From an uncultured Candidatus Poseidoniales archaeon (lineage in GTDB: Archaea > Thermoplasmatota > Poseidoniia > Poseidoniales > Thalassarchaeaceae): DNA of 64,000 bases. Made by a program: the position numbers and the translations under genes. Location of the stretch: contig CAZXZO010000005.1 in NCBI GenBank assembly GCA_964645485.1, forward strand, positions 1,281 through 65,280, in the 5' to 3' direction. The notes beneath the pieces were generated by a model. That model saw only the letters and a program-made list of their open reading frames with translations, did no database searches and was not told the DNA's origin. Shown piece by piece: positions 9,100 through 17,544 of this stretch (within the stretch, counting starts at the first letter, position 1; the number at the start of each line of letters is the position of its first letter).

Positions 9100-10404
9100 T
9101 TGGACGGGGTTGTCCCCACTGATTCATCTCAGCATGTGTTGGTTCACCTATCAGAAGCCAGCAAGAGAATCCAACGTCTAGTCTTGGTATTTTTGATTGT
9201 TGCAATTATTTGGGCATTCCTTGTTGATGAAATGTTTGCATGGTGGCTGGCAAGAATCCCACTTGCAGAGGGTGCTGGTTCTCTGACGATATACAGCCCT
9301 TATGCATGGCTTGACACCAAGTGGACGGCGGTGGGGTTACTTGCTATCTGGACAATATTGCCGTGGGCCGCGTTAGAATTGTGGAAGTTTGCGGAACCGG
9401 GTTTGCTCCAACGCGAAAAAGCATGGCTGGGTACAATGGTTACAACTGGTCTATTAGGTGGGTCAGTTTTGGTCATTGGGGGTTGGTCTTTGGGATTCCC
9501 TCGCCTAGTTGAGATGGCTAATAATGCCGGAATGATTGAGGGTGTGGGTGCTCATTATGATGTGGTTTCACTGTTTGGAATGGCTCTAGCAATGACATGG
9601 TTTGTACTGTTGTTTTTCCTTCAAACTCTAGGTTTAACGGTGGGAAGAGGTTTTGATTTAATTGGTGACGACCCACTCGATTCTTTGCGTTTGCGCCTGC
9701 ATTTTGTTGCAGTTACTATATTGTATGTTGTAACACCAATCGCATTTCAAGGACTTTTTTTGGCAGCAGCCTTGACACTTATTTTTGGTAGTGAGTTCAT
9801 TGCAAATCTTTCACCATTGACAAGCCGTACTCGTGGAAGAATTGCCAAGACTGTATTTGATTCCGAAGGTGGTGAAAGAAGGGTTTTGATGGTTGACTGC
9901 TCCTGTGCTGATGTTTGTCCTCGTGTCAATCAAGAGGCTGTCGGGGCTAATATTGGTTTGATGTCAGCCAATGCCATTTGCCTTAATTCAGATGAAGTAG
10001 GGGCACTTTGTGAAAGAGTAGCAAGAGAGCAAATTACAGATGTTGTGATCGGCGGTTGTGATGGTTCACCTACGCCAGGAAATATGAAGCGCTCATTAGC
10101 CAATATGAATTGTTCAATTTCTGGATTGAATCAATTATCAACAACCATTCACGGTGATATGGCAACTCCAGAATATATTGAATTAGCTAACCGAATTGAC
10201 CTTGCCAGAGCATCGCGTCCTTGGTCAAAAAAAGCACAGGCGCGTGCTCAAATGGAGATTTTACAAAAACAAAAATTACCAGTTCATCTTATTTCCACCT
10301 CAAATCCAATTCAACCTTGGGGTTTGAGATTACAGGTAAATGAGATATGGGTGCATAATGGAATTCTAATTTCGGAGAAGATTGACGTCAATTTGATTGA
10401 TTAG
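9100..10404 (+). CDS. Divergent TatC-family protein fused to a C-terminal Cys-rich (HdrA N-terminal-like) domain
   Basis: TatC-like HLSE..KR, YSP and ELWKFAEPGLLQREK, with about 6 TM helices. C-terminal CSC..VC..IC..VVIGGC. TTG start with a GAGGTG RBS. Confidence 0.7.
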   Translation: MDGVVPTDSSQHVLVHLSEASKRIQRLVLVFLIVAIIWAFLVDEMFAWWLARIPLAEGAGSLTIYSPYAWLDTKWTAVGLLAIWTILPWAALELWKFAEPGLLQREKAWLGTMVTTGLLGGSVLVIGGWSLGFPRLVEMANNAGMIEGVGAHYDVVSLFGMALAMTWFVLLFFLQTLGLTVGRGFDLIGDDPLDSLRLRLHFVAVTILYVVTPIAFQGLFLAAALTLIFGSEFIANLSPLTSRTRGRIAKTVFDSEGGERRVLMVDCSCADVCPRVNQEAVGANIGLMSANAICLNSDEVGALCERVAREQITDVVIGGCDGSPTPGNMKRSLANMNCSISGLNQLSTTIHGDMATPEYIELANRIDLARASRPWSKKAQARAQMEILQKQKLPVHLISTSNPIQPWGLRLQVNEIWVHNGILISEKIDVNLID

Positions 10405-10467
10405 ATGAAAATAATTTGAATACATGATGGCGTATCATTCAATACACACGCGGTGGAGCGGAAAACT

Positions 10468-12795
10468 ATGAGGCCAATCATTGCGATACCTATTGCGGCG
10501 ATGATATTGGTTGCAGGGTGGTATGTAAGTGAAGACCCCAGGAGGATTGGGCCATTCTTTGATTATCTTGATGATTTCACTGGGGGGATTGAGAATACCG
10601 CTCCTAGTGTGCAAATTCAATCTGAGGAGCGTTGGTTGGTAGTAGTAGTTGATTTCCCCAACGCTCCGGAAACAGGATTTAGGAATGTTCAGAAGGCTGA
10701 GATTTTGTTGACTGGTACAAATGGTGCCGATGAATACATTTCAGAGGCTACCGGTGGTGCCACTACCTTATCTGTCACTATCATTCCAACGGTTTACCAT
10801 GCACAAAATCCAGATTCCTATTGGGGTGAAGATGACGGTACTGTTAGAGATGTAGGACAAGACGGTTCAGAGGGACCTGCAGGATTAGCCTCTTCAGTGA
10901 TTAAAAACTCACTATCGGGGGTAGACCTCTCTCAATTTGACTTAGATTCAGATGGCTGGATTGATCGTTTCTTGATTATCCACACTGCTGAGGTTCAGGA
11001 AGATAATGGTGGAACTGGTGCCATTTGGAGTCACTATGGTCCACTAGCATCAATGGTTGAGGTTGACGGTTACAAATTTGACCATTACACAATTGCTGGT
11101 TTCGATTCAGGGTTTGGTACAATAATCCATGAAATGCTTCACCAAATGGGCGCACTCGATTTGTATGATGTTCACGGGCAGGGTACAGGTGAAGATTGGA
11201 ATGGTGTTGGCGATTGGGATGTAATGGCCAGCGGAAATTGGAATGGTGTAAATGGCCGTACTCCCGCATTACCATCATTAGCGACCCTTGATTTAATTGG
11301 AGTTGAGAGGGCGACAGAAATTTCTGTCAACAACCAAGGTGGCACTCAAGATTATGTTCTAACCCCGCTTTCTTCGGCGGGTTCTGGTTTATTCATACAA
11401 ATTTCACCAAGTGAACGTGTGTGGATGGCTTTCAGAGGTTCGAATGGCTTTGATAGTGAACTTCCTGGCAGCGGATTATTAGTCACAGTTCAAGATACAT
11501 CTGTAGGTGACAAAGAACAGAATTTAATCAATACAAATCCAGATATTCCTTGGTTGTATGTACTAGAGGCGGATGGTGATAATGGCCTACTTTCAGGCAA
11601 TGACCAAGGTAGTGGTGGCGATACTTTCACTACAGGCGGGAAATTTGGCGCAGAAGGTCGGATTTTGGTAGACCACTACGGACGTCAAGTCAACTGGGTT
11701 GTTGAGGTAACAGCAGTTGATTCCACCTCACTTTCTCTCTCTATTTCCACTACCGGATTGCCTAGTTTTGAGGTACTTCCTCCTCACCACCCGATTCAGC
11801 TTTTGAAAGATGAAGATTTGTTGGTGACAGTGAACTCTTCATCTCCGTGCACCTTGAATGAAAATCTAAGTTCTAGTGATGGAAGAACAGTTTCAATAGT
11901 CGAAACGGCAGCACTTTCTGCGGGGGAATCGGTCATTCGAACCCTTCGGTGGGATACTCCTGGTATAGTTGGAGGAGAGGCGCGTTTGACGGGTGAGTTT
12001 ACCTGTGGCTCATCCCTACCTCAACAAGTAAGTATTGAATTCCATACTATTGGATTACGTCTAATGAACTCAGAATTTAAGAATGATATTTCTTCAAGCG
12101 AGGAAGGATTTGTTCTAATTCCCCTTGAGTTTACAGGATTAGGTCAACAAGTTTGGGAAGTTAGATTGGAGGGTCCAATTGAAAGGATTGCAACTACCTC
12201 GCCAACTCAAAATTTAGGTGACGGTTCTACCTTAAACCTGTCAATTTCTCCAAATGGGTTGTTAGTACCGGGTATGATTGCTAGAGGTGAAATTGTTTTA
12301 CGTGATTCGCAAGGCTTGGAGCAAAGTATTGAGGTTGTGCTCACTGCTGAACAATTTGAACAGGGTGGTGAATTAGTTCGCTTCTTCTCAGACCCTGCAA
12401 ATTTGATTATCACAATGGCGGGGCTACTCGCACTGTCAGTTCTATTGGGCATGCGAAAGAAAAAATCCCCGCAATCAAAAATTCGAGAAGCAGGAAGGCA
12501 ACAAGCGATTAATCACTTGAATACGGCTGGCCAAGGGAATTTATCCCCGACAATTCAATCACAATTTTCTGCCCAACCCCAAACCGGGCAACAACAACAG
12601 CAAAATGTGCATGCAGAAAGATACTTGTCACAATTAATCGAAGATGAGAATGGTGAACCTCGCCCACAGAGTATTTCTGATGGTGTTGAGGATTTTTCTG
12701 GTCCAGATAGGCCCAGCGCACAACCTGCTCAGCAGCACAGGGTAGGGGTTTCAACTGACCCTAACTCAATTCCAGATTTGGATGATTTGTTTTAG
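10468..12795 (+). CDS. M6-family (immune inhibitor A-like) metalloprotease, membrane-anchored
   Basis: Zinc motif HEMLHQMGALDLYD, FDLDSDGWIDRFLIIH, IWSH, WDVMASGNWNG, N-terminal signal/anchor, a TM helix near residue 650 and a low-complexity cytoplasmic tail. Confidence 0.9.
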   Translation: MRPIIAIPIAAMILVAGWYVSEDPRRIGPFFDYLDDFTGGIENTAPSVQIQSEERWLVVVVDFPNAPETGFRNVQKAEILLTGTNGADEYISEATGGATTLSVTIIPTVYHAQNPDSYWGEDDGTVRDVGQDGSEGPAGLASSVIKNSLSGVDLSQFDLDSDGWIDRFLIIHTAEVQEDNGGTGAIWSHYGPLASMVEVDGYKFDHYTIAGFDSGFGTIIHEMLHQMGALDLYDVHGQGTGEDWNGVGDWDVMASGNWNGVNGRTPALPSLATLDLIGVERATEISVNNQGGTQDYVLTPLSSAGSGLFIQISPSERVWMAFRGSNGFDSELPGSGLLVTVQDTSVGDKEQNLINTNPDIPWLYVLEADGDNGLLSGNDQGSGGDTFTTGGKFGAEGRILVDHYGRQVNWVVEVTAVDSTSLSLSISTTGLPSFEVLPPHHPIQLLKDEDLLVTVNSSSPCTLNENLSSSDGRTVSIVETAALSAGESVIRTLRWDTPGIVGGEARLTGEFTCGSSLPQQVSIEFHTIGLRLMNSEFKNDISSSEEGFVLIPLEFTGLGQQVWEVRLEGPIERIATTSPTQNLGDGSTLNLSISPNGLLVPGMIARGEIVLRDSQGLEQSIEVVLTAEQFEQGGELVRFFSDPANLIITMAGLLALSVLLGMRKKKSPQSKIREAGRQQAINHLNTAGQGNLSPTIQSQFSAQPQTGQQQQQNVHAERYLSQLIEDENGEPRPQSISDGVEDFSGPDRPSAQPAQQHRVGVSTDPNSIPDLDDLF

Positions 12796-12796
12796 T

Positions 12797-13501
12797 CTAC
12801 AATTTAATCTGGTCAATTAATTGTGGATAATCATTTGCCACTTTGTTAACTGCAGTTGATACTTCGTAAAAGTCTATTTCAACAGTTGCTGAATGTACTG
12901 TATCTGGGTCAATCAGTTCATTTGCTTGAGTAGAACCCACGTCCGTGTCAAGCCAAACTTGCCAATTTTCAGGAGCAAGGATAACTGGCATTCGATGGTG
13001 AATATGTTGAAAATTTTCTCTAGATTGGCAAGTTAGAATTGTGAAAGACTCCACCGTTTCTCCATTTGATGAAGACCATGAAGACCAAAGTCCTGCTAAG
13101 GCAATTGGTTCACCGTCCAACTGGTGATGCCAAAATGGCCTCTTTCCTCCCCGGTCTTGGCACCATTCATACCAACCATCAACTGGAATAATACAGCGTT
13201 TGTTATTGAGTAAATGCTTGAACATACTTTTTTCAGAAGCAGTTTCACTGCGAGCATTTATTGGTTTTATTTTTGAATCACTTTTCGCCCAACTAGGAAT
13301 CAACCCCCATTTCATTAATCTAGTGTGGCGTGGTACAACTTGGGCCTCTCCTACTGGAGGCGTAGTTAGGATGACTGGATGCCACATTGATGGGGCAATA
13401 TTGTATCGCGGCTCAGGAACCAACATATCTGGAAGAGGCTGGGTGTCAAAAAAATCTGCAAGAGTTTGTTGGCCCGTATGCAAGGCAAAGCGGCCGCACA
13501 T
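12797..13501 (-). CDS. SOS response-associated peptidase (SRAP/YedK/HMCES family), abasic-site protecting protein
   Basis: Start placed at ATG 13501, giving the diagnostic N-terminus MCGRF (catalytic Cys2). Also RYNIAPS, WGLIPSW, INARSET, DGWYEW and IHHRMPVIL. Confidence 0.95.
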   Translation of the reverse strand: MCGRFALHTGQQTLADFFDTQPLPDMLVPEPRYNIAPSMWHPVILTTPPVGEAQVVPRHTRLMKWGLIPSWAKSDSKIKPINARSETASEKSMFKHLLNNKRCIIPVDGWYEWCQDRGGKRPFWHHQLDGEPIALAGLWSSWSSSNGETVESFTILTCQSRENFQHIHHRMPVILAPENWQVWLDTDVGSTQANELIDPDTVHSATVEIDFYEVSTAVNKVANDYPQLIDQIKL

Positions 13502-13644
13502 GGAACTAGGCTGGTTGCGCAGTGCTTGACATTTCCGCAATCATCCCTTTGATTTTTCATCACTTTCACTTAGCATCTCCCCTCACCCTCTCTTGGGAAA
13601 GATGTAGGTGTGGATTAGTTCACACTATAATTCGGTGGAATCAG

Positions 13645-14430
13645 ATGAAAGCGGGTTTGATTGGATGTGGGGAAAATGATGCTGTTGTAGGTGGAGATAA
13701 TGTCAATTTTGAAACTCTCAATTCAACCAAAATGAATAATATTGTCAATTGGGGTGATGTTCGTTTACAAAGAATGTTACCGCCATTAACCTTGGGAGCA
13801 ATTCATCTATTACTTGAAGACCGAAGACAATCAAAACATATCTTGCCAAGAATTGCCGCAACAGAGTTGTCTTCTGGGTTGAATGTTCATTGGGTTGATG
13901 GTGCTGGCCGTATAGACCCAGGGAATCTAGTTCCCCTTCTCCATTGGCGTGGATGCAAGCCGCAAGATGCTTTGAAGCGTCTGCAAATTAGCCGTGCCCA
14001 CACTGCACACCAGTTGAAGGCCCAGATAGAGAGATTGGTAGCTGAAGGTGAAGGGATGAGTGATTTATCGCGTTTATTCATTATTGATGATTTAGCGGCA
14101 ATGTTCAATGATCCACAGGTCGGACGCTCACAGGGCAGAGCAATGTTGGCTAGGACTTTGGACAATCTTAGAGAATTAGCCAGCCGTGGCGCTTGTGTGG
14201 TAATTTCTGCCGGCTGTGCTGGTCGTGCACCACTACCAAAAGAACATATCATTCAATTGCGAAATAATTGTGATGTCATGGTACATTTAGAATCCTTACA
14301 AGGGAGGAAAAGAAGTGGTTTATCCTTGACTTGTGTTGGACAAAAAATTAGGCATATATGGCATCCTCTTCCAAGGAATCAAGCATCACTTTCAGACTTT
14401 TGGCAAAACGATTCAAGTGTTAATGGATGA
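13645..14430 (+). CDS. Inactivated RadA/RecA-superfamily protein (iRadA, ImuA-like)
   Basis: Motifs WVDGAGRIDP, ISRAHTAHQL and FIIDDLAAMF, with no intact Walker A. C-terminal PIP-box-like QASLSDFW. Start is uncertain (13645 or 13732). Confidence 0.8.
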   Translation: MKAGLIGCGENDAVVGGDNVNFETLNSTKMNNIVNWGDVRLQRMLPPLTLGAIHLLLEDRRQSKHILPRIAATELSSGLNVHWVDGAGRIDPGNLVPLLHWRGCKPQDALKRLQISRAHTAHQLKAQIERLVAEGEGMSDLSRLFIIDDLAAMFNDPQVGRSQGRAMLARTLDNLRELASRGACVVISAGCAGRAPLPKEHIIQLRNNCDVMVHLESLQGRKRSGLSLTCVGQKIRHIWHPLPRNQASLSDFWQNDSSVNG

Positions 14431-16799
14431 AGTCTACAACGGTCTATTCCTGATTCATCCCAGCCAAACGGCGATAGTATTGCCCATATTGCTCTCTTAG
14501 CAAGTGGTTCATAGAATTCAGCATCTCCTATGACTTGGAAAGTTGATTCTTTTTTCGATTCGATTTCGCTCGCTAGCCGTACTCTTTCAGTACTATGCTT
14601 GTGACGCCATGAAACTACGGCAAACTTAGCCTTGTTACCAGGTGGTATTCGTCGTCCTAATTTTTCTGCTCTAAGAAGGGCAGCGGTTGCAATTGTTTGA
14701 ACACGTTCATCACCCAATTCTTTGCGTATGCGGCGTGCAATAATGAGGTCTTTAAGTGGAATAATTCCCTTTTTCAAATTCTTTATTTCTTTATGTAAGT
14801 TAACAGTTACTTGGTGCTGGGCGGTCCGGGACGGGTCATCTTTGAGGATTTGAAGAGAGGTCGTTTGTAATTCCTCAATCCAAGCGCAAGTTGAATGCTG
14901 TCGAAGTTCAATTCCGCGTATTTTCCAGCCTTCGTTCCCGTATCCAAAATATTTGGTCAAAGAACCAACTCCTGTGGTTCGGTTAGGTATGAAACAGATC
15001 CAATGATAAGTATCTTCTAAATCTGCAGGTATACCTATTTCACTCAATAGTTCTGCCCTTATTCTTTCTATAGAACGCAATCTTGCTGGTTCATCTCGAT
15101 TTTCCAAATCACTTAGCCACATAGAGTCTACAATTGCATGTAGTGTTTCCCAACCCTCTTTTGAGGCGATTTCAATTGCTTGCAGTAGAATCTCTCTTGC
15201 CCAAGCACAAATGGCTTCATGACATTCAATTCTACCAAACCTTGCATTACGGTATCCGGTATAACCAAAGCAGGTGACAAGCACCCATTTCAGGGCATTT
15301 TGACGGCCATCCCATACATCTCCTTTTTTCTTCCTTCTCGATTTTAATTGCATTCTCCTCTCAATAATTGGGGCAACAACCCGGCCTAGGAATCCATGTC
15401 TACGTGTGCAAGTATGTAGATTTAGTTCAGGGACTTTCATAGTCATTGAAATTTCATTTTCAGCCCCCAATCTCTTTTCAATTTCACAGGCCGCATCAGC
15501 AAACAAAAGTGGCAATTTTCCATCTATGCTATTACTAGGTTCAGTCTTTGGGTCACAACAAGAGCAATTCAAAGTCTCAGGACTTATGTTACGGGTGGCA
15601 ATAATACTAGGGAAGAGAGATGCGAAATCAAGTTCAACCACAGCATTATGGGAGCCGATTACTGGTTCTAGGTAAAGTCCCCCTCGATCGGCAGCGAGTA
15701 ACTCAAGACCATTTTTTACATCTTCAGGTCGATTTTTTTTCCACGGGACAAGTACTCCATCTTCCATAGCTTGGCGCATTTGCATAGCACTGATAGCAGA
15801 TCCTGGAGACAGACGGGAAATATCTTGGCCCGAAAGACCTGACATGCGAGCCAATTCTAGCAATCCAGCAATTCCTCCTTCTCTAACGATGAAAGACCCT
15901 GCCATATCGATGTGTAACCTTCCTTGTAAGGCGTGATAGGATTCTTTTCGTAGAAGATTACCGTATGACCAAGTGGTCCGTCCGCGGGTTCGTGGCACTA
16001 AATCGTTCAAGTTCCGTGAGAGGTTTAGGGGTCTTCCAACTCTTTCACTAAGTCTTCTCAGAGCAGGTAGGTCAATACTATCACCGGCATCTGTAATCAA
16101 TATATCCGGGTCAATTTCTGCTATTTGTTGATTAAATAATCTCAACATCTCATCTTCATTAGCATTTTCAATTATTATTGGATTGCCATGTTTTTCATCT
16201 TTACCAAGTGTTCCCTGTTGCGTGATGATGATTTTTTTCAATGGTGCACTAGCAGTACGATGGCCGTGGCTATCATAACAATCTGTAAACAGGTGGGAAA
16301 TTGTCAACGGTGGCAATTCTAATGCCATATCGGTTCGACTGTCAAGCGCAGTCAATTTGTTGTCAGAAATCTTCACCCTTCCAAATGGGTGGACTTTTTT
16401 GTCAAGTAAAAGTCTCTGAGCCATTTTCTGGTCTACAGAATACAATTCATGGTGATGCCAATTTCCTCGTGCATCAATCACTTCTGCTAATTTCTTCAAT
16501 TTAGATGGGCGATTTGTTGAAACTGCTAACACTGAGCGAGCACGTGTGGCTCCAAGTTCAATGAGATGTCGTTCAAAACGAGTTTGTAAATCTCCAAATT
16601 CATAATGCATTTCAACACGGTCAAGCCATAGTGACAATTGTTCTAAACGATTGATATCGGCAGATACGTGGAGTGCTACCCGCCATTTTTCACGAAATGA
16701 AATCGTTTTACAATCATCCAGTTTAACCCATGTAACCATCTCATCGCCATCTTGGTGGCAATCAAGAATCCAACCGTTAGTCTCATCCAACTCTATCAC
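14379..16799 (-). CDS. polB2: Family B DNA polymerase, PolB2 (Dpo2-like) group
   Basis: Motif A ELDFASLFPSII and motif B RQNALKWVLVTCFGYTGY. Motif C is the PolB2-type AIVDS instead of YGDTDS, and the exonuclease motifs are eroded (ITDAGDSIDL). RGIELRQHS is also present. Confidence 0.9.
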   Translation of the reverse strand: MIELDETNGWILDCHQDGDEMVTWVKLDDCKTISFREKWRVALHVSADINRLEQLSLWLDRVEMHYEFGDLQTRFERHLIELGATRARSVLAVSTNRPSKLKKLAEVIDARGNWHHHELYSVDQKMAQRLLLDKKVHPFGRVKISDNKLTALDSRTDMALELPPLTISHLFTDCYDSHGHRTASAPLKKIIITQQGTLGKDEKHGNPIIIENANEDEMLRLFNQQIAEIDPDILITDAGDSIDLPALRRLSERVGRPLNLSRNLNDLVPRTRGRTTWSYGNLLRKESYHALQGRLHIDMAGSFIVREGGIAGLLELARMSGLSGQDISRLSPGSAISAMQMRQAMEDGVLVPWKKNRPEDVKNGLELLAADRGGLYLEPVIGSHNAVVELDFASLFPSIIATRNISPETLNCSCCDPKTEPSNSIDGKLPLLFADAACEIEKRLGAENEISMTMKVPELNLHTCTRRHGFLGRVVAPIIERRMQLKSRRKKKGDVWDGRQNALKWVLVTCFGYTGYRNARFGRIECHEAICAWAREILLQAIEIASKEGWETLHAIVDSMWLSDLENRDEPARLRSIERIRAELLSEIGIPADLEDTYHWICFIPNRTTGVGSLTKYFGYGNEGWKIRGIELRQHSTCAWIEELQTTSLQILKDDPSRTAQHQVTVNLHKEIKNLKKGIIPLKDLIIARRIRKELGDERVQTIATAALLRAEKLGRRIPPGNKAKFAVVSWRHKHSTERVRLASEIESKKESTFQVIGDAEFYEPLAKRAIWAILSPFGWDESGIDRCRLHPLTLESFCQKSESDA

Positions 16800-16812
16800 G
16801 ACAGCCGCATAG

Positions 16813-17067
16813 TTATGGCTCTAATTCTTCCATTCTTGCTTCTAATCTCCTAATTCTGGCGAAACAATCCACTATTATAGACAATAACATTGGTTCAAGT
16901 GGGTCGGCAGTTGGCATTAATCCTCCAGCAGAGGCTCGCTCCCTAACTGCATTAGCAGCCCCATCCAATGCCAATTTATCCTCAGTTCGTAATGCTCTGC
17001 GAAATGCATTCCACGCAACCATTCTCTCTTCTATACGCATTCGCCATGTTGATACTGTTCGGCCCAT
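16813..17067 (-). CDS. Small PolB2 partner protein (arCOG07300-like)
   Basis: 84-aa helical protein MGRTVSTWR..W..FRRAL..ED..D..HASA-like..LLSI, located directly upstream of polB2, the usual position for this family. Confidence 0.85.
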   Translation of the reverse strand: MGRTVSTWRMRIEERMVAWNAFRRALRTEDKLALDGAANAVRERASAGGLMPTADPLEPMLLSIIVDCFARIRRLEARMEELEP

Positions 17068-17088
17068 ATTAGATTAGGCAGAGTTCGA

Positions 17089-17097
17089 GGTTATAGT
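17089..17097 (-). promoter_or_regulatory. Putative TATA box (ACTATAAC on the minus strand) for a leaderless small-partner/polB2 transcript
   Basis: Lies about 23-30 nt upstream of ATG 17067, with no RBS in between. Confidence 0.45.
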
Positions 17098-17134
17098 CAA
17101 TTACTGAGAGGGGGGGAGACTGATGCAAAGTAAA

Positions 17135-17484
17135 ACTGAATTTTCCCAGGCGTGTGTGAAAGATGGCGGACTCAATTGTCCCAGGTATGTGTGAAAAATG
17201 GGAGACTGAATTTGCGGAGGGTGGGTGAAAGATGCCGGCTGAATTTGCGGAGGGTGGGCGAAAGATGACGGACTCAATTGTCACAATTATGTGTGGGGAA
17301 TGGAGGACTGAAATTTTCCCGGAATCATGTGAAAGGTGGCGGACTCAATTGTCCCAGTTATGTGTGAAAAATGGGGGACTGAATTTTCCCAGGCGTGTGT
17401 GAAAGATGGCGGACTCAATTGTCCCAGGTATGTGTGGAAAATGGGAGACTGAATTTTTCCCGGAATCATGTGAAAGATGGTGGG
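17135..17484. repeat. Non-coding tandem array of ~10 degenerate 33-36 bp (mostly 35 bp) units
   Basis: Units start at 17135, 17170, 17205, 17238, 17272, 17307, 17343, 17378, 17413 and 17448. Consensus ACTSAATTKTCCCAGGYRTGTGTGAAARATGGSGG. 17135-17204 and 17378-17447 differ at one base. Confidence 0.95.
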
Positions 17485-17544
17485 AACGATGCGGTGGTAG
17501 TGCTTGAAATCCCAGCGGATTTGAACTGATAATTTGGGGACTCA

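Noticed and set aside
14379-16799. PolB as a marker of a casposon, pipolin or provirus
   Set aside because: No Cas1, integrase, terminal inverted repeats or protein-priming insertions are seen. The motifs and neighbours are those of cellular PolB2.
17135-17484. 35-bp array as a CRISPR array
   Set aside because: Units are contiguous and mutually similar along their whole length, with no unique spacers and no cas genes nearby.
17108-17484. 35-bp array and adjacent G-run as an ORB-type replication origin
   Set aside because: Only vague resemblance to the ORB consensus, no cdc6/orc1 in the window and no clear AT-rich unwinding element. Not excluded, but unsupported.
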